From contig JBJEGU010000047.1 in assembly GCA_051875415.1 (NCBI GenBank), positions 48,689 through 112,688 of the forward strand: a DNA stretch of 64,000 nucleotides, read 5' to 3'. Below, piece by piece: positions 21,210-29,472 of the stretch. How positions within the stretch are numbered: position 1 is the first letter of the stretch; every line of letters begins with the position of its first letter. The DNA comes from Marinilabiliaceae bacterium. GTDB taxonomy: Bacteria; Bacteroidota; Bacteroidia; Bacteroidales; Marinilabiliaceae. Below the pieces are notes generated by a model. It made no database searches. It was not told the origin of the DNA and saw only the letters and a list, made by a program, of their open reading frames with translations. The translations under genes were made by a program, and so were the position numbers.

Positions 21210-22687
21210 GGTTTCTCTTCCCCCTCATTGCCGCCCTCGTCCTCTGCGCCGTCAGCTCCGCCCCGTCGGCGGCTAAGACGGCGACAGTCTCCGGCAGCGC
21301 GCCCGGCTATGCGGGTCGGGTCCTGGTCATGAGGGCGGAGCGCGACCCGGTCAGCCGTATGACCTACGACCTCGCCTCGGCAGAGGTCAAGCCCGACGGC
21401 TCGTTCCGCTTCGAGGCCGACATAAAGGAGGTGACGCACGCCTTTATCGACCTCAGCTTCTACGAGGCGCACATATTCCTTGAGCCGGGTGGCCGCTACA
21501 AGGCCACGCTCCCACGCTTCAAGCTCCGCCCCGACGCAGAGCGTTTCAACCCTTTCTACCGGCCCAAGGTCATCGACCTCACTCTCAGTTCCGCCTCGTC
21601 GGACCTCAACCAGTCGCTCCGCAAGTTCGACGACGACTTCGGACGCATCTACCTCACGCAAGCCGTCGCCATGTGCCGCAAGCGCGACAAGAAGTTGGCC
21701 GGCAGCGTCATAGAGCGTCTGGACTCCGCGGCGCATGCCACGGGGTGCCGGAGCGCCTTCTTCCGGCAGCACGTGGAGTTTCGCAAGGCCGAGGTATACG
21801 CCACGCCGCGTCTCCATTCGCCAAGGGCCGTGCTCCGTAAGTTCTACGCCGGCAAGCCCGTGGTCTTCAACGTCCCGGCCTATTGGCGCACGCTCGACCT
21901 CTTCGGCTCCGAGCTTGCCCAGAGGTGCGCCCGCGGCTCCCGCTTCGAGGCCGCTCTGGCCGACGGCTACCCCGGCGGTGCGCGGGAGATGGCGCGCCAG
22001 ATTGAGGCCGACTCGCTCTTCCGGACGAGTCCCTCGCTCTGCGAGGTTCTGGCTCTCAAATGCATACGCGATAATTTCTACGACGGCCAGATAGCTGACG
22101 GGCGAGCCGACACGCTGCTCATAAGCGCGGCGCGCGACTTCTCCACGAAGCGCGTCCGCCTCATGGCAGCCAACGTCTACGCCTCGAAAAACAAGCTAAA
22201 GGCCGGCCTGCCCGCACCCGACTTCGACCTCGTCGACAACCACGACCGCGAGTTCACCCTCGCCTCTTTCAAGGGCCGGTTCCTCTACCTGTGCTTCATG
22301 CACTCTGAGAACTACGAGTGCGTCAAGGCCATGCCCGTGCTCGACAACCTCGCCCAGGTGCATCGTGCCGACCTCGACGTCCTCTGCGTCTTCACTGACG
22401 ACGAGGCCGACGCCCTCTACGCCAAGCTGGCCAAGAGCCAGCACGCGTGGCGCGGAGTCTCATGGATAGCCTGGCAGCGAATCTTGGAGGACTATGAGGT
22501 TCGCGGCCTGCCCACCTACTTCCTTATCGACCCCGACGGCTGCATATCCATAGCCCAGGCCCCGGCCCCCTCGGAGAACGTTGGCCCGGCCATTGCCGAG
22601 TGCGTCCGCCGCTACAGGCTCATCCGTCAGAGGGGGCGCATAGAGGTGCCGCGCACCATTTACGACATCGCCAACGGCGGGAATTAA
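21203..22687 (+). CDS. secreted protein with a C-terminal thioredoxin/TlpA-like fold and a degenerate CXXC
   Basis: Signal peptide MVRFLFPLIAALVLCAVSSAPSAA. The C-terminal part (APDFDLVDNHDREFTLASFKGRFLYLCFMHSENYEC...GLPTYFLIDPDG) is TlpA-like, but SENYEC replaces WCxxC. Confidence 0.6.
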   Translation: MVRFLFPLIAALVLCAVSSAPSAAKTATVSGSAPGYAGRVLVMRAERDPVSRMTYDLASAEVKPDGSFRFEADIKEVTHAFIDLSFYEAHIFLEPGGRYKATLPRFKLRPDAERFNPFYRPKVIDLTLSSASSDLNQSLRKFDDDFGRIYLTQAVAMCRKRDKKLAGSVIERLDSAAHATGCRSAFFRQHVEFRKAEVYATPRLHSPRAVLRKFYAGKPVVFNVPAYWRTLDLFGSELAQRCARGSRFEAALADGYPGGAREMARQIEADSLFRTSPSLCEVLALKCIRDNFYDGQIADGRADTLLISAARDFSTKRVRLMAANVYASKNKLKAGLPAPDFDLVDNHDREFTLASFKGRFLYLCFMHSENYECVKAMPVLDNLAQVHRADLDVLCVFTDDEADALYAKLAKSQHAWRGVSWIAWQRILEDYEVRGLPTYFLIDPDGCISIAQAPAPSENVGPAIAECVRRYRLIRQRGRIEVPRTIYDIANGGN

Positions 22688-22733
22688 GGCGGTCCCGAAT
22701 TTCGTCGCATTATATCAGAAAATACTTATCACT

Positions 22734-23186
22734 TTGATTAGCAGAAGGCTCAAATTGCACGAGGCGGCCCTTGTCGACCGCACGGAGGTCCTCGTCAGAT
22801 TCTCGGACGTCGACATGATGCGTGTCGCTTGGCACGGCAGCTACGTCGCCTATCTTGAGGACGGGCGGGAGCATTTCGGCAAGACGTACGCCGGCCTCGG
22901 CTACGACGACTATTTCCGTACGGGCTTCGTGGCCCCGGTCGTCAACCTCACCATCGACTACAAGCAGAGCCTCCGTTGCGGCGACGTCGCCATTGTCGAG
23001 ACGCGCTACATCCGCACCGACGGGGCAAAGCTCATCCTTGAGTACGTCGTCTACCGCAAGGCCGACATGGCCATAATGGCCACTGCCCAGACCACGCAGA
23101 TGTTCATGACGGCCGGGGGCGAGGTGCAATACACCGACCCCGACTTCTACGTCGAGTGGAAGAGGCGCTGGCTCAAAGAGTCTTAG
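22734..23186 (+). CDS. acyl-CoA thioesterase, 4HBT/YbgC-like hotdog
   Basis: VRFSDVDMMRVAWHGSYVAYLEDGRE is the typical YbgC-type active-site region. TTG start as given in the track. Confidence 0.75.
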   Translation: MISRRLKLHEAALVDRTEVLVRFSDVDMMRVAWHGSYVAYLEDGREHFGKTYAGLGYDDYFRTGFVAPVVNLTIDYKQSLRCGDVAIVETRYIRTDGAKLILEYVVYRKADMAIMATAQTTQMFMTAGGEVQYTDPDFYVEWKRRWLKES

Positions 23187-23199
23187 CCCGCCTGACGCT

Positions 23200-23886
23200 A
23201 TGGCCGCCATCTGCCTTTACGTCATTATTGCCATAGTCGTGGCCGGCGGAGTGGCTCTTTTCGCCATAGGCGCGGCCGATATCCGCAGCGGCATATTCGC
23301 CAAGGCCATTTGCCGCATGCCCGCCGACCGCAGCCGCCTGCCATTCACCCTCCCCGACGGGCAGCCCATCCTCCTGACTTTCGACGACGGTCCCGACCCT
23401 GACGTCACGCCCCGAGTGCTCGACGTGCTCGACAAGTATGGCCACCGCGCCATATTCTTCGTCATAGGATCCAAGGCCGAGGCTTACCCCGGACTCGTCC
23501 GTGAGATAGTCCGCCGTGGCCATATTGTCGGCAATCACACATATCGCCACTCGCCTTGGGCCAATTTCCTCGGGGCCAGGCATCTGCTCGCCGACATCGG
23601 GCGGACTGACCGCATTATAGAGTCGGCCTGTGGCGTCCGTCCTGTGCTTTTCCGTCCGCCCTTGGGCGTATGCCCCCATTTTCTGCGGCGCGTAGTCCGG
23701 AAGTCTGGCCATGCGGTGGTCGGGTGGAGCGTCCGGTCGCTCGATACGAGGGGCGAGGCGCGCGAGGTTGTCATCCGACGGATAAGGCGCAAGTTGCGCC
23801 GCGGCGGCATCGTCCTCCTTCACGACCGTCTGCCCGGGGCCGACCTGCTGGCCGAGGCTACGCTCTCCATGCCTTTGCCCGACTGA
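23200..23886 (+). CDS. polysaccharide deacetylase (NodB homology domain) with an N-terminal TM helix
   Basis: LLTFDDGPDP (motif 1, DD), HRAIFFVIG, and GNHTYRHS (the H-x-x-x-H metal motif). Confidence 0.85.
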   Translation: MAAICLYVIIAIVVAGGVALFAIGAADIRSGIFAKAICRMPADRSRLPFTLPDGQPILLTFDDGPDPDVTPRVLDVLDKYGHRAIFFVIGSKAEAYPGLVREIVRRGHIVGNHTYRHSPWANFLGARHLLADIGRTDRIIESACGVRPVLFRPPLGVCPHFLRRVVRKSGHAVVGWSVRSLDTRGEAREVVIRRIRRKLRRGGIVLLHDRLPGADLLAEATLSMPLPD

Positions 23887-23921
23887 CGTGTCGGCTCTCT
23901 TGCCACGAGTGCCATTACTCT

Positions 23922-23930
23922 CCCCCCCCC
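23922..23930. repeat. homopolymeric C9 tract (intergenic)
   Basis: tactcTCCCCCCCCCTcttttg, read directly. It lies 36 nt after the deacetylase stop and about 120 nt before the next start codon. Confidence 0.85.
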
Positions 23931-24049
23931 TCTTTTGCTTGTCAACCCGTCGCGGACTCGCGTGCCAATGAGCGCAGGTCGTCCCCGACGGGACTCTTTT
24001 TTTGCTATATTTGGGTAGTGGCATAAACACACACTTTAACTACCTCGTA

Positions 24050-25759
24050 ATGATGCTCCTTCCGCGCATTCTCCTCCTTTCGCTCCTCTGCCCGACAGTG
24101 GCTCTTGCCCAGCAGCCCGACAGCGTTGTCGTGCGCAATGCCCAGGGCGACGTCATCTCGCGCTCCCTTTTCGTGACGAGGGGGCAGGTGACCATCGCGA
24201 CACTCTCATCCTCTAAAAGCGAGGGGGCGCGCACAGTGTCGTGCTTCGACCGTCGTGGCCGGCTAACCTCAAAGAGCGAATATTCGCTACGCCACGGCGC
24301 GCAAATCCTGACCCGGCGCACTGACTACCAGCTATCTGACGACGGGAAACCCCTCTCTGCACTTACTTCTACCCCCGGTGGCCACCAGCAGATGGTCGCC
24401 TACGCCTATGCCCCTTCCGGCCGCCTCTCATGCGAGACGACTTACGTTTGGGACGCCACGGAGATGGATTGGACTCCAGCTGAGCGGCTCGACTACTCCT
24501 ACTCCCGCCAGCCGCTCCCCTTGCCCTCCCGTGAGTTCGCACTCCGCTCCCGCAGCGTGTGGGACTCGGGAAAGGGCTTGTGGACAGTGACGGACGAAGT
24601 AGAGCTCTATGACTACGACTCCCAAGGCCGGATAGTCCAGCGGTGCGTGCAAGCTGGTGCTGATGCCGATTCTTGCACCACCCTCTCATACGACGACTCA
24701 GGTCGCCTCGCCACGTCGCGCGCGGGAGTCTATGCCTCCGACGGGTATAGGGTAGTGGGAGTCGAGACCATTGATTATGACAAGGCGGACCGCATATCCG
24801 CGCGCCGGGTGGCGGACTCGTCCGGCCGGCTCGTTTCCACAGCGACATACTATTACTCAGCCCGCGCGCATCGCCCAAGCCAAGCGAAGTCCCGTCGCCT
24901 CCTGACGGAAGAGACCCTCAGTTCCACGACTGGCAACCGCCTCTGCCTGAGCACTTTCTATTACGACTCCCTCGGGCGTAAGGTCGGCGTGGCTACTGAC
25001 TCCGTCTTTGCCGACGGCCGCGACAGCCACTACGAGAAGGCCTTGCTCTACTCCCCGTCGGGCCGCCTCGCAAGCACCGTCGAGGCGTCATTCACCCCCT
25101 CCGACACGGCCTATGCCGATGACGACCTGCCTTTCGCCCTCTACACCGTCACCCTTGTCGACGAGGGCGGCAACGCCGTCATGGCCTTCGACTATCCGAC
25201 CGAGGGCGACTCCCGCCCCCTCCGCTCCCGCCAGTGGCGCAACGCCTACGACGCCTCGGGCCGCCTTGCCTCGTCGGTATGCTACGAGACGGGCGGCGAT
25301 GGCGGATTCGTCAGGCGCGACTCCGTGGCGGTGGCCTATGACATCCCGTCGGCCAGGTCGGCCGCCGCAGCCGACTCCGTGTCGCGCATAGGCAGGGTCT
25401 GGATGCGCCTCGCCGGCTTCTTCTCGCATCTGCGCAAGGCTGCGCCTCCCGATTCTGCTGCGGCGGGTGTGTGCGCGGCGGATTCGCTGCCCGACTCGCC
25501 TATGACCGAGAGGCTTGTCTATGAGTGGGATAAGGAGTGGAAATGCACGAGGCGTGTGCTTAGGGAGTATGATGGCGAAGGCCGCATAAAGGTTGAATAT
25601 TCATACTGTATGAGTGCCCCCGCCGACGGGTGGCGCATGGTGCGCAAGGAGGTATTCTTGTACGATGGCGCTGAGCCGGCAAAGGCTGAAGTATACGCTC
25701 CTGCCGCCGATGGTGGGCGGCTCTCGCTCGTCGAGGTGCGGAAATCGCATTATTATTAA
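24050..25759 (+). CDS. secreted protein built of YD/RHS-type repeats
   Basis: Internal ATG giving signal peptide MMLLPRILLLSLLCPTVALAQQ. At least 10 repeats of the Y-D-x-x-G-R-(L/I) type are present, e.g. YDYDSQGRIVQ, YDDSGRLATS, YYDSLGRKVG, YSPSGRLAST, YDASGRLASS and YDGEGRIKVE. Confidence 0.6.
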   Translation: MMLLPRILLLSLLCPTVALAQQPDSVVVRNAQGDVISRSLFVTRGQVTIATLSSSKSEGARTVSCFDRRGRLTSKSEYSLRHGAQILTRRTDYQLSDDGKPLSALTSTPGGHQQMVAYAYAPSGRLSCETTYVWDATEMDWTPAERLDYSYSRQPLPLPSREFALRSRSVWDSGKGLWTVTDEVELYDYDSQGRIVQRCVQAGADADSCTTLSYDDSGRLATSRAGVYASDGYRVVGVETIDYDKADRISARRVADSSGRLVSTATYYYSARAHRPSQAKSRRLLTEETLSSTTGNRLCLSTFYYDSLGRKVGVATDSVFADGRDSHYEKALLYSPSGRLASTVEASFTPSDTAYADDDLPFALYTVTLVDEGGNAVMAFDYPTEGDSRPLRSRQWRNAYDASGRLASSVCYETGGDGGFVRRDSVAVAYDIPSARSAAAADSVSRIGRVWMRLAGFFSHLRKAAPPDSAAAGVCAADSLPDSPMTERLVYEWDKEWKCTRRVLREYDGEGRIKVEYSYCMSAPADGWRMVRKEVFLYDGAEPAKAEVYAPAADGGRLSLVEVRKSHYY

Positions 25760-25826
25760 AATTTATCCTTTCGGGTTGTTCGCCGTCTCTGTATATTGCA
25801 TAAATTTGCGCCGTTAGTGAATAAAA

Positions 25827-26300
25827 ATGCAACGCACAGTCAACAACGCCAAGAGGATGCGCCTTGAGGCAATTGAGTCCATAGTCAAGGAGGTGCCCAT
25901 AGACGGGCAGGAGCAGTTGCTCAAACTCCTCAAAGACAAGGGTTTCTCAGTTACGCAGGCGACGCTGTCCCGCGACTTCAACGAGCTTCAGATTGTCAAG
26001 GTGCCTGACGGCGACGGCGGCTATCGCTACATGCCCCACCCGCAGCGCGGCCAGGCCGAGGCCCAGCCATCCACCCTCGTGAGCGTCGAGATATCCGGAC
26101 AGATGGCCGTCATCCGCACCCGCCCGGGATATGCCAGCGCATTGGCGGCGGAGGTCGACGAGGCGAGGCTCAAGGGCGTCATGGGGACCGTGGCGGGCGA
26201 CGACACGGTGCTCGTCATACTCCGGGCCGACGTCAAGAAGGACATCTTCCTCAACCAGCTGGCCACAGTGACCCCCGAGGCGGCGCAGAAACTTATTTAG
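25827..26300 (+). CDS. argR: arginine repressor
   Basis: 157 aa. wHTH motif GFSVTQATLSRDFNELQIVKV and C-terminal oligomerisation domain GTVAGDDTVLVI. Confidence 0.9.
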   Translation: MQRTVNNAKRMRLEAIESIVKEVPIDGQEQLLKLLKDKGFSVTQATLSRDFNELQIVKVPDGDGGYRYMPHPQRGQAEAQPSTLVSVEISGQMAVIRTRPGYASALAAEVDEARLKGVMGTVAGDDTVLVILRADVKKDIFLNQLATVTPEAAQKLI

Positions 26301-26346
26301 CTGACGACGATACACGATAACAAGATATTTCCCTACTAAGAACAAA

Positions 26347-27003
26347 ATGAGCAGCAAGGACGACAATAAGTTCCCCAACCTGAAGGTGGTTGTGGCTACC
26401 GAGGAGCACCTCGGCTATGTCGACGAGATTCTCCAGACCATCACTGCGGCCGCGAAGGTCCGCGGGACGGGCATCGCGAAGCGTAACCCGGGCTACGTCA
26501 AGCAGAAGATGCGCGAGGGCAAGGCTGTCATAGCCCTCGACGGCGAGATGTTCGCCGGTTTCAGCTACATCGAGACATGGGGCGGCAAGCACTACGTCAC
26601 CACCTCCGGCCTCATAGTCCGCGACGAGTACCGCGGCTGCGGCCTCTCGCGGCGCATCAAGCATATGACCTTCACCCTGGCCCGCCTGCGCTGGCCCCAG
26701 GCCAAGATTTTCAGCCTCACATCGGGCGCCGCCGTCATGAAGCTCAACACCGACCACGGCTACGTCCCCGTCACTTTCGCCCAGCTCACTGACGACGAGA
26801 CGTTCTGGAAAGGCTGCGAGGGCTGCATCAACCATGACATCCTCGTCCGCACCGGGAGGCGCTACTGCGTCTGCACCGGCATGCTCTACGACCCCGACAG
26901 GCCGCGCAGCGTCCGCGACGCCGACGAGGAGCTGGCCAAGGACCCCGGCGTGGTGGACCGGATAATGGAGGCCTTCCCCAACGGGTTCCCCAAGGAGGAT
27001 TAA
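26347..27003 (+). CDS. GNAT-family N-acyltransferase of the arginine cluster (candidate glutamate N-acyl transferase)
   Basis: Acyl-CoA binding region IVRDEYRGCGLSRRI (Q/RxxGxG/A-like). Positioned between argR and argG. Confidence 0.7.
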   Translation: MSSKDDNKFPNLKVVVATEEHLGYVDEILQTITAAAKVRGTGIAKRNPGYVKQKMREGKAVIALDGEMFAGFSYIETWGGKHYVTTSGLIVRDEYRGCGLSRRIKHMTFTLARLRWPQAKIFSLTSGAAVMKLNTDHGYVPVTFAQLTDDETFWKGCEGCINHDILVRTGRRYCVCTGMLYDPDRPRSVRDADEELAKDPGVVDRIMEAFPNGFPKED

Positions 27004-27092
27004 GCCCCAAGGGCGATTGGCATTGGGACGCCAATTGCTTATATTTGCACGTAACGTATTGAAACAACAAGATATTTATATATTCTCACAGT

Positions 27093-28316
27093 ATGGATGC
27101 TAAGAAGAAAGTAGTTGTCGCCTTCAGTGGCGGACTCGACACGTCGTTCACCGTAATGTACCTCGCCAAGGAGAAAGGCTACGAGGTCTACGCGGCTTGC
27201 GCCAACACCGGCGGCTTCAGCCCCGAGCAGCTCAAGGCCAACGAGGAGAACGCCTATAAGCTCGGCGCAAAGGAGTACGTCACGCTCGACGTCACCCACG
27301 AGTATTACTCCAAGAGCATTCGCTACATGATCTTCGGCAACGTGCTGCGCAACAACACGTACCCCATCTCCGTCAGCTCCGAGCGCATATTCCAGGGAAT
27401 GGCCATAGCCCGCTACGCCAAGCAGATTGGCGCGCAAGCCATAGCCCACGGCTCCACGGGCGCAGGCAACGACCAGGTCCGCTTCGACATGACCTTCCTC
27501 GTCATGGCACCCGAGATGGAGATTATCACCCTCACCCGCGACATGGCCCTCACCCGCCAGTTTGAGGTCGACTACCTTAACAAGCATGGCTTCAAGGCCG
27601 ACTTCGCCAAGCTCAAGTACTCCTACAACGTGGGAATATGGGGCACCAGCATCTGCGGCGGCGAGATCCTCGACAGCACGCAGGGCCTGCCCGAGACGGC
27701 ATACCTCAAGCAGGTCGAGAAGAACGGCGAGGAGGAGGTCAAAATCGAGTTCGACAAGGGCGAGATTGTGGCCGTCAACGGCGAGAAGTTCGACGACAAG
27801 ATAAAGGCAATCCAGAAGATTGAGAGCATAGCCGCCCCCTATGGAATTGGCCGCGACATGCACGTCGGCGACACCATCATCGGCATCAAGGGCCGCGTAG
27901 GCTTCGAGGCCGCCGCCCCAATGCTCATCATAGCGGCGCACCGCTTCCTCGAGAAGTATACCCTCTCGAAGTGGCAGCAGTACTGGAAGGATCAGGTGGC
28001 CAACTGGTACGGCATGTTCCTCCACGAGAGCCAGTATCTCGAGCCCGTCATGAGGGACATCGAGGCCATGCTCGAGGAGAGCCAGCGCAACGTGACCGGC
28101 ACGGCCATCATGAAGCTCCGCCCCCATTGCTTCGAGACCGTCGGCGTCGATTCGAAGAACGACCTCGTCAAGAACAAGTTTGGCGAGTATGGGGAGATGC
28201 AGAAAGGCTGGACGAGCGAGGACGCCAAGGGCTTCATCAAGGTCCTCTCTACCCCGCTCCGCGCATACTACAGCAACCATAAGGACGAGGGCGAGAAGCT
28301 CGAAAAGGAGCTTTAA
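27093..28316 (+). CDS. argG: argininosuccinate synthase
   Basis: VVVAFSGGLDTS P-loop. 407 aa. Confidence 0.95.
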   Translation: MDAKKKVVVAFSGGLDTSFTVMYLAKEKGYEVYAACANTGGFSPEQLKANEENAYKLGAKEYVTLDVTHEYYSKSIRYMIFGNVLRNNTYPISVSSERIFQGMAIARYAKQIGAQAIAHGSTGAGNDQVRFDMTFLVMAPEMEIITLTRDMALTRQFEVDYLNKHGFKADFAKLKYSYNVGIWGTSICGGEILDSTQGLPETAYLKQVEKNGEEEVKIEFDKGEIVAVNGEKFDDKIKAIQKIESIAAPYGIGRDMHVGDTIIGIKGRVGFEAAAPMLIIAAHRFLEKYTLSKWQQYWKDQVANWYGMFLHESQYLEPVMRDIEAMLEESQRNVTGTAIMKLRPHCFETVGVDSKNDLVKNKFGEYGEMQKGWTSEDAKGFIKVLSTPLRAYYSNHKDEGEKLEKEL

Positions 28317-28345
28317 CACCCGCCCCGAGCTGACATAGAACTCTT

Positions 28346-28393
28346 GGCCGGGCCTGCCGCGGCCTAAACCACGCGGCCGGCCCGGCCTTTTTT
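28346..28393 (+). terminator. strong hairpin plus T-run between argG and argC
   Basis: GGCCGGGCC (28346-28354) pairs with GGCCCGGCC (28379-28387), followed by TTTTTT. Confidence 0.55.
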
Positions 28394-28446
28394 ACGAAAA
28401 AAGCGTGGGCGATGCTTCGCCCCTCCATTCTTTACCAGACTATCTG

Positions 28447-29412
28447 ATGATTCAAGTAGGCATAATAGGCGCGGCCGGATATACGGGCGGCGAGCTGATG
28501 CGCATCCTCATAAACCACCCTTGGGCCAACATCCTCTTCGCCCAGAGCGAGAGCCACGCCGGCGAGCCCGTGTGGTCGGCGCATCACGACCTTATTGGCG
28601 AGACTTCGCTGACTTTCAGCGCCGAGGCCCCGGTCAATACGGCCGATGTCATCTTCCTCTGCATGGGCCATGGCAAGAGCCGCGGCTATGTCGACAAGCT
28701 GCCCAAAGACTTCAACGGCAAGATTATCGACCTCTCGAACGACTTCCGCCTTCAGGATTCCGCCTGCGGCTTCGTCTACGGCCTCCCCGAGGCTTTCCGC
28801 CGCGAGATTAAGGCCGCCGACCGCATAGCCAACCCGGGCTGCTTCGCCACCAGCATCCAGCTCGCCCTCCTCCCCATGGCCAAGCTCGACCGTCTCGGCG
28901 AGGTCCACGTGACGGGCATAACAGGCTCCACCGGCGCGGGGCAGAAGCCTTCCGAGACCACCCATTTCAGCTGGCGCGACAGCAACCTCTCCGTCTACAA
29001 GGCTTTCACCCATCAGCACCTTGGCGAGGTCAACGAGACCCTCTCGCGCCTTGCCCCCCACTACAAGGGCAACCTCAACTTCGTCCCCGTCCGCGGTTGC
29101 CATACGCGCGGCATCATGTCCTCCGTCTACTTCGATTGCGAGTTCGACGAGGCCGAGGCTGTCGAGATTTACAAGAAGTACTACAAGGATGAGCCATTCG
29201 TCAACGTGGTGGACTTCAACCCCGACCTCAAGATGGTTGTCAACACCAACAAGTGCGTCCTCTACGTCAAGAAGTACGGCACAAAGCTCCACGTCGTCTC
29301 GTTTATCGACAACCTCGTCAAGGGTGCTGCCGGACAGGCCGTCGAGAATATGAACCTCCTCTTCGGCTTGCCCGAGAACACCGGCCTCAATCTCAAGCCC
29401 AGCGGTTTCTAA
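28447..29412 (+). CDS. argC: N-acyl-gamma-glutamyl-phosphate reductase
   Basis: Internal ATG of track ORF 28405..29412. MIQVGIIGAAGYTGGEL is the N-terminus and ANPGCFAT carries the catalytic Cys. Confidence 0.93.
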   Translation: MIQVGIIGAAGYTGGELMRILINHPWANILFAQSESHAGEPVWSAHHDLIGETSLTFSAEAPVNTADVIFLCMGHGKSRGYVDKLPKDFNGKIIDLSNDFRLQDSACGFVYGLPEAFRREIKAADRIANPGCFATSIQLALLPMAKLDRLGEVHVTGITGSTGAGQKPSETTHFSWRDSNLSVYKAFTHQHLGEVNETLSRLAPHYKGNLNFVPVRGCHTRGIMSSVYFDCEFDEAEAVEIYKKYYKDEPFVNVVDFNPDLKMVVNTNKCVLYVKKYGTKLHVVSFIDNLVKGAAGQAVENMNLLFGLPENTGLNLKPSGF

Positions 29413-29472
29413 CATTCATGCGGCTGGCTACTGCGCGCAAAAGCGATAGCCAGCCCCAAAAAACAAAAAACA

